From NCBI GenBank assembly GCA_950097015.1, contig CATNEN010000009.1:310001-374000 (forward strand): a DNA stretch of 64,000 bases, read 5' to 3'. The stretch is from Macrostomum hystrix (lineage: Eukaryota > Animalia > Platyhelminthes). Below, in pieces: positions 12,309 to 25,100 of this stretch (its first letter is position 1; the number at the start of each line of letters is the position of its first letter). The notes beneath the pieces were generated by a model. It made no database searches. It was not told where the DNA came from and worked only from the letters and a program-made list of their open reading frames with translations. The translations under genes were made by a program, and so were the position numbers.

Positions 12309-13625
12309 TAGCCTGCTCAAACTTGTCATGACCCAGCCTGCTCAAACTTGTCATGACCCAGCCTGCTCAAACCTGTCATGACCCAGCCTGCTCAAACCTG
12401 TCATGACCCAGCCTGCTCAAACCTCTCATGACCCAGCCTGCTCAAACCTGTCATGACCCAGCCTGCTCAAACCTGTCATGACCCAGCCTGCTCAAACCTC
12501 TCATGAACCAGCCTGCTCAAACCTGTCATGACCCAGCCTGCTCAAACCTGTCATGACCCAGCCTGCTCAAACCTGTCATGACCAAGCCTGCTCAAACCTG
12601 TCATGACCCAGCCTGCTCAAACCTGTCATGACCCAGCCTGCTCAAACCTGTCATGACCCAGCCTGCTCAAACCTGTCATGACCCAGCCTGTTCAAACCTG
12701 TCACGACCCAGCCTGCTCAAACCTCTCATGACCCAGCCTGCTCAAACCTGTCATGACCCAGCCTGCTCAAACCTGTCATGACCCAGCCTGTTCAAACCTG
12801 TCACGACCCAGCCTGCTCAAACCTCTCATGACCCAGCCTGCTCAAACCTGTCATGACCCAGCCTGCTCAAACCTGTCACGACCCAGCCTGCTCAAACCTC
12901 TCATGACCCAGCCTGCTCAAACCTGTCATGACCCAGCCTGCTCAAACCTCTCATGACCCAGCCTGCTCAAACCTGTCATGACCCAGCCTGCTCAAACCTG
13001 TCATGACCCAGCCTGCTCAAACCTCTCATGAACCAGCCTGCTCAAACCTGTCATGACCCAGCCTGCTCAAACCTGTCATGACCAAGCCTGCTCAAACCTG
13101 TCATGACCCAGCCTGCTCAAACCTGTCATGACCCAGCCTGCTCAAACCTGTCATGACCCAGCCTGCTCAAACCTGTCATGACCCAGCCTGTTCAAACCTG
13201 TCATGACCCAGCCTGCTCAAACCTGTCATGACCCAGCCTGCTCAAACCTCTCATGAACCAGCCTGCTCAAACCTGTCATGACCCAGCCTGTTCAAACCTG
13301 TCACGACCCAGCCTGCTCAAACCTCTCATGACCCAGCCTGCTCAAACCTGTCATGACCCAGCCTGCTCAAACCTGTCACGACCCAGCCTGCTCAAACCTC
13401 TCATGACCCAGCCTGCTCAAAACTGTCATTACCCAGCCTGTTCAAACCTGTCACGACCCAGCCTGCTCAAAACTGTCATGACCCAGCCTGCTCAAAACTG
13501 TCATAACCCAGCCTGTTCAAACCTGTCACGACCCAGCCTGCTCAAACCTGTCATGACCCAGCCTGCTCAAACCTGTCATGACCCAGCCTGTTCAAACCTG
13601 TCACGACCCAGCCTGCTCAAACCTC
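12309..13625. repeat. 25-bp minisatellite x~52, directly 3' of the Ig gene stop codon
   Basis: Unit CAGCCTGCTCAAACCTGTCATGACC; explains the periodic ORFs at 12753 and 13253. Confidence 0.96.
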
Positions 13626-13642
13626 AAAAGATACAGTTGAGT

Positions 13643-15635
13643 TCAGACTCGGACAGGCAGCTGCCGCGTCCTTCTCATTATAAGCCGGTTGAAGTCGTCA
13701 ACATTGTCCCCAGCTTCGTCTTCTGCCGCCTCGTCATTCGCGTCGGCCTGCTGACAGAAGATTGTGAAGCCGAGGCCGGCAAGCAGCAGCGCCAAGACGG
13801 AGGCAGCGGAAGCTGCGGCCACTTCACCCTGCGTCAGTGGGTACTGAATGAAGGGCTCTGCGGAGGTGAGGAGGTACAGCCCCTGTTTACACAGTGCTCA
13901 CAACAAGCATGGTATCATCGAATTCGAAGCGCTGCTGATGCAACACTCACCTGGGCAGAGCGCATACAAATCCGCGGACTCGTCGCCCACTTCGCAGCGA
14001 AGACGGAGCCGGCCACGGACGCCGGCAGCGGAGCAGTTGAGCAGCTCAGCCTCTTCAGCGGGCGCGCGCAATAGCGGGTCGCCGCCGCACTGGCCACTGC
14101 CGTTGACAATCGTACGAAGCAGAGCCCAGCCATCGGGGGACAGCAGGATTCCGCCGACTGCGCGAATCCGAGGCCGCATAGAAGGGTAAGAGCAGGTGGA
14201 GCGACAGGTGAGTCGCAGGCCACCGCCAACGCTGGTCAGATCAAAGGGCGCCGCAAGGCTGCCGTTGCCGCGAAGCCGCGCAGTGGTCGAAGCGGAGACA
14301 GCGGTGAACGAGCGGATGCGGGCGGGCACTGGAGGGCGGATTGAGTTCGAAAGGCTTTGGAGATTAATTTGCCAATACACTGACTGTCTGATGCGCCATT
14401 CTCTGACTGTCTGATGTGATATGCACTCACTGACTGTCTGATGTCGCGATATTCATTCACTGACTGTCTGATGTGATATGCACTCACTGACTGTCTGATG
14501 TGATATGCACTCACTGACTGTCTGATGTGATATGCACTCACTGACTGTCTGATGTCGTGATATGCACTCACTGACTGTCTGATGTGATATGCATTCACTG
14601 ACTGTCTGATGTGATATGTATTCACTGACTGTCTGATGTGATATGCATTCACTGACTGTCTGATGTGATATGCACTCACTGACTGTCTGATGTGATATTC
14701 ATTCACTGACTGTCTGATGTGATATGCATTCACTGACTGTCTGATGTCGTGATATGTATTCACTGACTGTCTGATGTGATATGTATTCACTGACTGTCTG
14801 ATGTGATATGTATTCACTGACTGTCTGATGTGATATGTATTCACTGACTGTCTGATGTGATATGTATTCACTGACTGTCTGATGTCGTGATGTGCATTCG
14901 CTGACTGTCTGATGCGCCATTCTCTGACTGTCTGATGTGATATGCACTCACTGACTGTCTGATGTGATATGCACTCACTGACTGTCTGATGTGATAGTGA
15001 TATGCACTCACTGACTGTCTGATGTCGCGATATGCATTCACGGACTGTCTGGTGTGCATTCACAGACTGTCTGATATGCCATTCACTGACTGTCTGATGT
15101 CGTTATGTGCCATTCACTGACTCTCTTATGTCGTGATGTGCATTCACTGACTGTCTAATGGGCCTACCAACTGACTACACTGTGCATCTCTACTCTCCTG
15201 TAGGAGTAATGTTTCTAAAAACAGTACATTAAGAGAACACTTACTGGTAGCATTGAGAAACAGAGAGCTGCTGCTGGTGGCATATTTGCATAGCCAGTGC
15301 CCACGGTCTGTCCACTGCACACTTTTGATAGATAGCACAAACTGAGTTGCTAGGCTATGGTTTGGGTTATTGCACCACATTGAGCGATGCTTGCTAGCCT
15401 GGTATGGTAGGCAAAATTCAGCAAAATCGTTTTTATTGAAATGCCAATAAACTGAGTGGCGCAGCAGTGTCCTATTGCCACCAATAACCACATGGCAAGT
15501 GAGATTGACAGGACTACCAACAGAGACTATATTTGGACTGGCAGATATGCTAATGTTAAAGCCATGGCAGACAGGCTCCAGTGTAGCCACTACTAGCAAA
15601 AGTAGAACCAGGGCAGCATTGGCTGTATCAAACAT
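13643..15635 (-). CDS. Immunoglobulin-superfamily type I membrane protein, ~327 aa. Exons 15635-15245, 14328-13951, 13857-13643
   Basis: Signal peptide MFDTANAALVLLLLVVATLEPVCHG. Ig domain with VNLTC, VYW and DRGHWLC. Second Cys-containing Ig-like region (LRLTC, LRLRC). Hydrophobic segment AAASAASVLALLLAGLGFTIFC, then acidic tail and stop. Donors GTAAGT (15244) and GTGAGT (13950); all junctions phase 1 and frame-consistent. Confidence 0.8.
14378..15152. repeat. 27/30-bp minisatellite filling intron 1 of the Ig gene
   Basis: Unit CACTGACTGTCTGATGTGATATGCACT, with a 3-nt insertion variant. Confidence 0.95.
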
Positions 15636-17734
15636 TGCAAATGCTGAAAAATTGACAGACAATATTATCATTTTTAATATATAACAATATTAAAACACAA
15701 AGCATTATCTATTGCAAAACTTAGATGTATTATTTCTGTAGCTGCAGCCTACAATAGCTATAACTTTAGTAAATATATATTTTGTATTAAACAATAATCC
15801 ACAAGCAAAGTAGGCTTACTACCTACTGGCTACTGCATGTTAGGGAAGCTAAGATCCTACTTAGTGTTTCTGTCCTATCCTAAATTGAGATGGCAGAAAG
15901 AAAAGCAAAGGCCTAATCTATTCAAATGATCATATACAACTAAACCAAGCAATAAATATTCATAATTCAAATTAGGCATAGCTATAGGTAATAGACATTT
16001 GCCCATTTGTTTAGAGATGCAAAATGGCTCAATAATCTAGCTAGCCCAATATATATGTACATATATTTACTTTTTAAAACATCAAGGAACAAATGTCCAT
16101 ACAAATGACTCACTAAAGCTAAAAGCTAAAACAGGAAAAGAGGAATTGGGGGCAGTGAAGATAGGCCTAATGTATAGGGATGTATAGGCCTATTAAATAG
16201 GCCTGATGTTTCAGAAGCTAACTATGCATAGAATGCTATGCAAGTGCATTTTGTTCTATACTATTGAAATTAGTCCTTAGGACAGTTGGTAAGACATTAT
16301 CATCCAAAAGTCAAATTGCTTAGAATGAATAACTAAGAATACAAGAATAGCTACAATAACAATAAAATTATTAAAAGTTTTATTTCAATATTAAATAGTT
16401 AGCTGGTTAGCTTAGCTGGTTAAATATTTTTTCATAATAATATTTATGAGTAGTTAGACTGTTGCTGCTAGTTTATTGCTAGCTTAAATAAAGAAAGGAC
16501 TAAATTATTAAATAGAGTTCTTGAATTCATTGGTGAATATTGGTGAAATATAAGTTATATATCTAGGATATAGCTGCATACAGCATATCTAACGACTGTT
16601 AAATACAAAGCAACAGAAGAGCATTCAGAAAAGAAGCTCAAACCATGAATAGGTAACAAGCCCAGTGGATGTTATCTGGCTTTTCTGCTGGCCTTGAAAT
16701 AGTTCAATATCATTTTTACTTATCATTGATTTTCGCTAGAACTGGCTCTGTTGAAACAAAAATAATTAAACTCTAGTTTAAAATCATAATATATTAAGAG
16801 TATTTTACTAGAAGAGACGAGCCGACAGCTAGCATAACCTAAATTTAACAGGCTTTGAAGTACTGGTCAAAATCTATGCTTTTTTCTCTTTGTCTTCGTG
16901 CTCATGACATGAGTAACCCACCTATTCTAAAAATAGAAGTAGTATTTTATTGTGAGATTCCTGTTTGCACTAATCATTTAACTCAAAGAACAATTATATT
17001 TTAAATTTTTAATACCTTGCTCTAATTGTAAACTGATGTCATTTTAATCCCCAAATACTTGTTAATGTATATTACGCCGAAGAAGCCGGAATCCGAATCA
17101 GCTGACGAACGACGAACGAATCCACTATACTAAAAATGAAATGCTTGCTTGCTTGCTTGGTTGCTTGCTTGTAATTGATTTTCTTCCGAACGGCTCAACC
17201 GATTTTCACCATTTCTTCACCAAAAGATGCCAAATATGGGGACAATTTTACACGTATTTTTATTAAGCTAAATTCCATTGCCAAGGGGATTAAATATTCG
17301 AAAAACATGATTTTTTCAAAGGTCAAACCATCTTGGCCTATTGAGAATTTTATTACTCACTGCCGCTGAATTAGAATTGCATCGTCAAATTGCGCAACAC
17401 CCCCTCGCTGATTGAATTTGAAGCCTGCACTCTGGAGACAAATTGGAAATAAATGTACACAACCAACCGCGAGACTGAGTGTACTCTATTTTCTTACTTC
17501 ATTGTACAAAGCCAGAACTTTGAGAATTCATTTTATAAGGCTGATTTCTGCACCCACTAACCAACAGTCGGAATAGCCGATGTGTAGGCACTAGGAATAC
17601 GTTAGGCTAGGCTAGGGTTCGATTCTGCACTGCGTCAAATCATTTAGACTAATTTTCAGCCAGTAGTGATTGAAGACTATTTTATATTATTTTTTTCATT
17701 TCGTAAATAAAATATCATAAATCATAGCACACAG

Positions 17735-20700
17735 GCTAAACCAGAGTTTGAATCATGGCTAAACCAGAGTCTGAATCATGGCTAAACCAGAGTCTGAATC
17801 CTGGCTAAACCAGAGTCTGAATCCTGGCTAAACCAGAGTCTGAATCATGGCTACACCAGAGTCTGAATCATGGCTAAACCAGAGTCTGAATCCTGGCTAA
17901 ACCAGAGTCTGAATCCTGGCTAAACCAGAGTCTGAATCATGGCTACACCAGGGTTTGAATCATAGCTAAACCAGAGTTTGAATCATAGCTAAACAAGCGT
18001 CTGAATCATGGCAAAACCAGAGTTTCAATCATGGCTAAACCAGATTTTGAATTATGGATAAACAAGTGTCTGAATCATGGCTAAACCAGAGTTTGAATCA
18101 TGGCTAAATCAGAGTCTGAATCATGGCTGAACCAGAGTCTGAATCATGGCTAAACCAGAGTCTGAATCCTGGCTAAACCAGAGTCTGAATCCTGGCTAAA
18201 CCAGAGTCTGAATCATGGCTACACCAGAGTCTGAATCATGGCTAAACCAGAGTTTGAATCATGGCTAAACCAGCGTCTGAATCATGGCTAAACCAGAGTT
18301 TGAATCATGGCTAAACCAGAGACTAAATCATGGCTACACCAGGGTTTGAATCATAGCTAAACAAGCGTCTGAATCATGGCAAAACCAGAGTTTCAATCAT
18401 GGCTAAACCAGATTTTGAATTATGGATAAACAAGTGTCTGAATCATGGCTAAATCAGAGTCTGAATCATGGCTGAACCAGAGTCTGAATCATGGCTAAAC
18501 CAGAGTCTGAATCATGGCTACACCAGAGTCTGAATCATGCCAAAACCAGAGTTTTAATCATGGCTAAACCAGAGTTTGAATCATGGCTAAACAAGCGTCT
18601 GAATCATGGCTAAAGCAGAGACTAAATCATGGCTACACCAGGGTTTGAATCATGGCAAAACCAGAGTTTTAATCATGGCTAAACAAGCGTCTGAATCATG
18701 GCTAAACCAGAGTTTGAATCATGGCAAAACCAGAGTTTCAATCATGGCTAAACCAGAGTTTGAATCATGGCTAAACAGGCGTCTGAATCATGGCTAAACC
18801 AGAGACTAAATCATGGCTACACCAGGGTTTGAATCATGGCTAAACCAGAGATTAAATCATGGCTACACCAGGGTTTGAATCATGGCTAAACCAGAGATTA
18901 AATCATGGCTAAACAAGCGTCTGAATCATGGCTAAACCAGAGTTTGAATCATGGCTAAACAAGCGTCTGAATCATGGCTAAACCAGAGACTAAATCATGG
19001 CTACACCAGAATTTGAATCATGGCTAAACCAGAGACTAAATCATGGCTACACCAGGGTTTGAATCATGGCTAAACCAGAGTTTGAATCATGGCTAAACCA
19101 GAGACTAAATCATGGCTACACCAGGGTTTGAATCATGGCTAAACCAGAGACTAAATCATGGCTACACCAGAGTTTGAATCATGGCTAAACCAGAGACTAA
19201 ATCATGGCTACACCAGAGTTTGAATCATGGCTACACCAGAGTCTGAATCATGGCTAAACCAGAGTTTGAATCATGGCTAAACCAGCGTCTGAATCATGGC
19301 TAAACCAGAGTTTGAATCATGGCTAAACCAGAGACTAAATCATGGCTACACCAGGGTTTGAATCATAGCTAAACCAGAGTTTGAATCATAGCTAAACAAG
19401 CGTCTGAATCATGGCAAAACCAGAGTTTCAATCATGGCTAAACCAGATTTTGAATTATGGATAAACAAGTGTCTGAATCATGGCTAAACCAGAGTTTGAA
19501 TCATGGCTAAATCAGAGTCTGAATCATGGCTGAACCAGAGTCTGAATCATGGCTAAACCAGAGTCTGAATCATGGCTACACCAGAGTCTGAATCATGCCA
19601 AAACCAGAGTTTGAATCATGGCTAAACCAGAGTTTGAATCATGGCCAAACAAGCGTCTGAATCATGGCTAAACCAGAGACTAAATCATGGCTACACCAGG
19701 GTTTGAATCATGGCAAAACCAGAGTTTTAATCATGGCTAAACAAGCGTCTGAATCATGGCTAAACCAGAGTTTGAATCATGGCAAAACCAGAGTTTCAAT
19801 CATGGCTAAACCAGAGTTTGAATCATGGCTAAACAAGCGTCTGAATCATGGCTAAACCAGAGTTTGAATCATGGCTAAACAAGCGTCTGAATCATGGCTA
19901 AACCAGAGTTTGAATCATGGCTAAACAAGCGTCTGAATGATGGCTAAACCAGAGACTAAATCATGGCTACACCAGGGTTTGAATCATGGCTAAACCAGAG
20001 ACTAAATCATGGCTACACCAGGCTTTGAATCATGGCTAAACCAGAGACTAAATCATGGCTACACCAGAGTTTGAATCATAGCTAAACAAGCGTCTGAATC
20101 ATGGCTAAACCAGAGTTTGAATCATGGCTAAACCAGAGTTTGAATCATGGCTAAACCAGAGTTTCAACCATGGCAAAACCAGAGTTTGAATCATGGCTAA
20201 ACCAGAGACTAAATCATGGCTACACCAGGGTTTGAATCATGGCTAAACCAGAGACTAAATCATGGCTACACCAGAGTTTGAATCATAGCTAAACAAGCGT
20301 CTGAATCATGGCTAAACCAGAGTTTGAATCATGGCTAAACAAGAGTTTGAACCATGGCTAAACCAGAGTCTGAATCATGGCTAAACCAGAGTTTCAATCA
20401 TGGCTAAACCAGAGTCTGAATCATGGCTAAACAAGCGTCTGAATCATGGCTAAACCAGAGACTAAATCATGGCTACACCAGGGTTTGAATCATGGCAAAA
20501 CCAGAGTTTTAATCATGGCTAAACAAGCGTCTGAATCATGGCTAAACCAGAGTTTGAATCATGGCAAAACCAGAGTTTCAATCATGGCTAAGCCAGAGTT
20601 TGAATCATGGCTAAACAAGCGTCTGAATCATGGCTAAACCAGAGACTAAATCATGGCTACACCAGGGTTTGAATCATGGCTAAACCAGAGATTAAATCAT

Positions 20701-21040
20701 GGCTACACCAGGGTTTGAATCATGGCTAAACCAGAGTTTGAATCATGGCTACACCAGAGTTTAAATCATGGCTAAAGCAGACTTTAAATCATCACAGCGT
20801 CTGAATCATGGCTAAACCAGAGTTTGAATCATGGCTACACCAGAGTTTAAATCATGGCTAAAGCAGACTTTAAATCATCACAGCGTCTGAATCATGGCTA
20901 AACCAGAGTTTGAATCATGGCTAAATTAGAGTTTGAAACATGGTAAAACGAGAGTTTGAATCATAGCCCACCAGGGTTTAAAACATGGCGAAACCTGAGT
21001 TTGAATCTTGGCTAACCCAGCGTTTGAAAAATCAACGTCA
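17735..21040. repeat. Helitron-internal 23-bp minisatellite (TGGCTAAACCAGAGTTTGAATCA); equivalent arrays in all six copies
   Basis: 23-nt periodicity. Other arrays at ~22755-26060, 27775-31080, 32763-35470, 37565-41340 and 43012-47045. Confidence 0.95.
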
Positions 21041-21047
21041 ACTGGGG

Positions 21048-22065
21048 AGTCATCATCAAAATGGGGATCAAGGTAAACTGGAGGATAATCGTCAACTGGA
21101 GGATTTTGGTTAACTGGGGGATAATTGTCAACTGGGGGATCATTGTCAACTGTGGGATCATTGTCAACTGGGGGATCATTGTCAACTGGGGGGTAATGGT
21201 CAACTGGGGGATAATTGTAAACTGGGGAATCATCATAAACTGGGGATCATCATCAACTGGGGGATCATCATCAACTGGGGGATCATTGTCAACTGGGGGG
21301 TAATGGTCAACTGGGGGATAATTGTCAACTGGGGGAATCTTCATAAACTGGGGATCATCATCAACTGGGGGATCATCATCAACTGGGGGATCATTGTCAA
21401 CTAGGGATCATTGTCAACTGGGGGATCATTGTCAAATGGGGGATCATTGTCAACTGCGGGATCATTGTAAACTGGGGGATCATTGTCAACTGGGGGATCA
21501 TTGTCAACTGGGGGATCATGGCCAACTGGGGGATCATTGTGAACTGGGGGGATCATTGTCAACTGGGGATCATCATCAACTGGGGGATCATTGTCAACTG
21601 GGGTATCATTGTCAACTGGGGGATCATTGTCAACTGGGGGATCATTGTCAACTGGGGAATGATTGTCAACTGGGTAATCATTGTCAAGGGGGGATCATTG
21701 TCAACTGGGGGGGAATTGTCAACTGGGGGGATCATTGTCAACTGGGGGATCATTGTCAACTGGGGGAACATTGTCAACTGGGGGATCATTGTCAACTGGG
21801 GGATCATTGTCAACTGGGGGGAACATTGTCAACTGGGGGATCATTGTCAACTGGGGGGATCATTGTCAACTGGGGGATCATTGTCAACTGGGGGAACATT
21901 GTCAACTGGGGGATCATTGTCAACTGGGGGATCATTGTCAACTGGGGGGATCATTGTCAACTGGGGGAACATTGTCAACTGGGGGATCATTGTCAACTGG
22001 GGGAACATTGTCAACTGGGGGATCATTGTCAACTGGGGGAAAATTGTAGCTTAAAAAAGCTGAAA
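21048..22065. repeat. Helitron-internal 18-bp G-rich minisatellite (TGGGGGATCATTGTCAAC); equivalent arrays in all six copies
   Basis: Source of the LGDHCQ / WGIIVN / GGSLST pseudo-ORFs. Other arrays at ~26068-27085, 31088-32105, 35496-36893, 41343-42325 and 47057-48315. Confidence 0.95.
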
Positions 22066-22140
22066 ATACAGCTGCTAAAAAGTATATACAAGACGAATTA
22101 AAAATATTTCTGCTCCCCGATGGGGGGCAAAACATGCTAG

Positions 22141-25100
22141 TCCACTATACTAAAAATGAAATGCTTGCTTGCTTGCTTGGTTGCTTGCTTGTAATTGATT
22201 TTCTCCCGAACGGCTCAACCGATTTTCACCATTTCTTCACCAAAAGATGCCAAATATGGGGACAATTTTACACGTATTTTTATTAAGCTAAATTCCATTG
22301 CCAAGGGGATTAAATATTCGAAAAACATGATTTTTTCAAAGGTCAAACCATCTTGGCCTATTGAGAATTTTATTACTCACTGCCGCTGAATTAGAATTGC
22401 ATCGTCAAATTGCGCAACACCCCCTCGCTGATTGAATTTGAAGCCTGCACTCTGGAGACAAATTGGAAATAAATGTACACAACCAACCGCGAGACTGAGT
22501 GTACTCTATTTTCTTACTTCATTGTACAAAGCCAGAACTTTGAGAATTCATTTTATAAGGCTGATTTCTGCACCCACTAACCAACAGTCGGAATAGCCGA
22601 TGTGTAGGCACTAGGAATACGTTAGGCTAGGCTAGGGTTCGATTCTGCACTGCGTCAAATCATTTAGACTAATTTTCAGCCAGTAGTGATTGAAGACTAT
22701 TTTATATTATTTTTTTCATTTCGTAAATAAAATATCATAAATCATAGCACACAGGCTAAACCAGAGTTTGAATCATGGCTAAACCAGAGTCTGAATCATG
22801 GCTAAACCAGAGTCTGAATCCTGGCTAAACCAGAGTCTGAATCCTGGCTAAACCAGAGTCTGAATCATGGCTACACCAGAGTCTGAATCATGGCTAAACC
22901 AGAGTCTGAATCCTGGCTAAACCAGAGTCTGAATCCTGGCTAAACCAGAGTCTGAATCATGGCTACACCAGGGTTTGAATCATAGCTAAACCAGAGTTTG
23001 AATCATAGCTAAACAAGCGTCTGAATCATGGCAAAACCAGAGTTTCAATCATGGCTAAACCAGATTTTGAATTATGGATAAACAAGTGTCTGAATCATGG
23101 CTAAACCAGAGTTTGAATCATGGCTAAATCAGAGTCTGAATCATGGCTGAACCAGAGTCTGAATCATGGCTAAACCAGAGTCTGAATCCTGGCTAAACCA
23201 GAGTCTGAATCCTGGCTAAACCAGAGTCTGAATCATGGCTACACCAGAGTCTGAATCATGGCTAAACCAGAGTTTGAATCATGGCTAAACCAGCGTCTGA
23301 ATCATGGCTAAACCAGAGTTTGAATCATGGCTAAACCAGAGACTAAATCATGGCTACACCAGGGTTTGAATCATAGCTAAACAAGCGTCTGAATCATGGC
23401 AAAACCAGAGTTTCAATCATGGCTAAACCAGATTTTGAATTATGGATAAACAAGTGTCTGAATCATGGCTAAATCAGAGTCTGAATCATGGCTGAACCAG
23501 AGTCTGAATCATGGCTAAACCAGAGTCTGAATCATGGCTACACCAGAGTCTGAATCATGCCAAAACCAGAGTTTTAATCATGGCTAAACCAGAGTTTGAA
23601 TCATGGCTAAACAAGCGTCTGAATCATGGCTAAAGCAGAGACTAAATCATGGCTACACCAGGGTTTGAATCATGGCAAAACCAGAGTTTTAATCATGGCT
23701 AAACAAGCGTCTGAATCATGGCTAAACCAGAGTTTGAATCATGGCAAAACCAGAGTTTCAATCATGGCTAAACCAGAGTTTGAATCATGGCTAAACAGGC
23801 GTCTGAATCATGGCTAAACCAGAGACTAAATCATGGCTACACCAGGGTTTGAATCATGGCTAAACCAGAGATTAAATCATGGCTACACCAGGGTTTGAAT
23901 CATGGCTAAACCAGAGATTAAATCATGGCTAAACAAGCGTCTGAATCATGGCTAAACCAGAGTTTGAATCATGGCTAAACAAGCGTCTGAATCATGGCTA
24001 AACCAGAGACTAAATCATGGCTACACCAGAATTTGAATCATGGCTAAACCAGAGACTAAATCATGGCTACACCAGGGTTTGAATCATGGCTAAACCAGAG
24101 TTTGAATCATGGCTAAACCAGAGACTAAATCATGGCTACACCAGGGTTTGAATCATGGCTAAACCAGAGACTAAATCATGGCTACACCAGAGTTTGAATC
24201 ATGGCTAAACCAGAGACTAAATCATGGCTACACCAGAGTTTGAATCATGGCTACACCAGAGTCTGAATCATGGCTAAACCAGAGTTTGAATCATGGCTAA
24301 ACCAGCGTCTGAATCATGGCTAAACCAGAGTTTGAATCATGGCTAAACCAGAGACTAAATCATGGCTACACCAGGGTTTGAATCATAGCTAAACCAGAGT
24401 TTGAATCATAGCTAAACAAGCGTCTGAATCATGGCAAAACCAGAGTTTCAATCATGGCTAAACCAGATTTTGAATTATGGATAAACAAGTGTCTGAATCA
24501 TGGCTAAACCAGAGTTTGAATCATGGCTAAATCAGAGTCTGAATCATGGCTGAACCAGAGTCTGAATCATGGCTAAACCAGAGTCTGAATCATGGCTACA
24601 CCAGAGTCTGAATCATGCCAAAACCAGAGTTTGAATCATGGCTAAACCAGAGTTTGAATCATGGCCAAACAAGCGTCTGAATCATGGCTAAACCAGAGAC
24701 TAAATCATGGCTACACCAGGGTTTGAATCATGGCAAAACCAGAGTTTTAATCATGGCTAAACAAGCGTCTGAATCATGGCTAAACCAGAGTTTGAATCAT
24801 GGCAAAACCAGAGTTTCAATCATGGCTAAACCAGAGTTTGAATCATGGCTAAACAAGCGTCTGAATCATGGCTAAACCAGAGTTTGAATCATGGCTAAAC
24901 AAGCGTCTGAATCATGGCTAAACCAGAGTTTGAATCATGGCTAAACAAGCGTCTGAATGATGGCTAAACCAGAGACTAAATCATGGCTACACCAGGGTTT
25001 GAATCATGGCTAAACCAGAGACTAAATCATGGCTACACCAGGCTTTGAATCATGGCTAAACCAGAGACTAAATCATGGCTACACCAGAGTTTGAATCATA

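Larger units (their letters stand above)
17121..22140 (+). mobile_element. Helitron copy 1 (subfamily A, 5020 bp)
   Basis: ~615-bp unique 5' part, 23-bp array ~17735-21040, 18-bp array ~21048-22065, hairpin with GAT loop + CATGCTAG. Confidence 0.9.

Noticed and set aside
13253-14414. Plus-strand ORFs 13253-14074, 13848-14189 and 14196-14414
   Set aside because: Minisatellite read-through and antisense shadows of the minus-strand Ig gene.
17075-17120. GC-richer patch with GACGAAC/GAATC mini-repeats just left of the Helitron array
   Set aside because: Could be a fragment of another element, but has no diagnostic termini and is too short to classify.
17175-17369. 64-aa ORF MIF(F/S)RTAQPIFTISSPK..., repeated in several Helitron copies
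   Set aside because: Non-ATG start, AT-rich, broken by deletions in copies 4 and 6, and no HUH/Rep or helicase motifs; it is the non-coding 5' region of the element.
21012-22135. Long ORFs with LGDHCQ / WGIIVN / GGSLST / PQLTMI repeats (also at 26, 31, 35-36, 41-42 and 47-48 kb)
   Set aside because: Translations of an 18-bp stop-poor minisatellite in all frames, with frequent G-run frameshifts and no coding bias.
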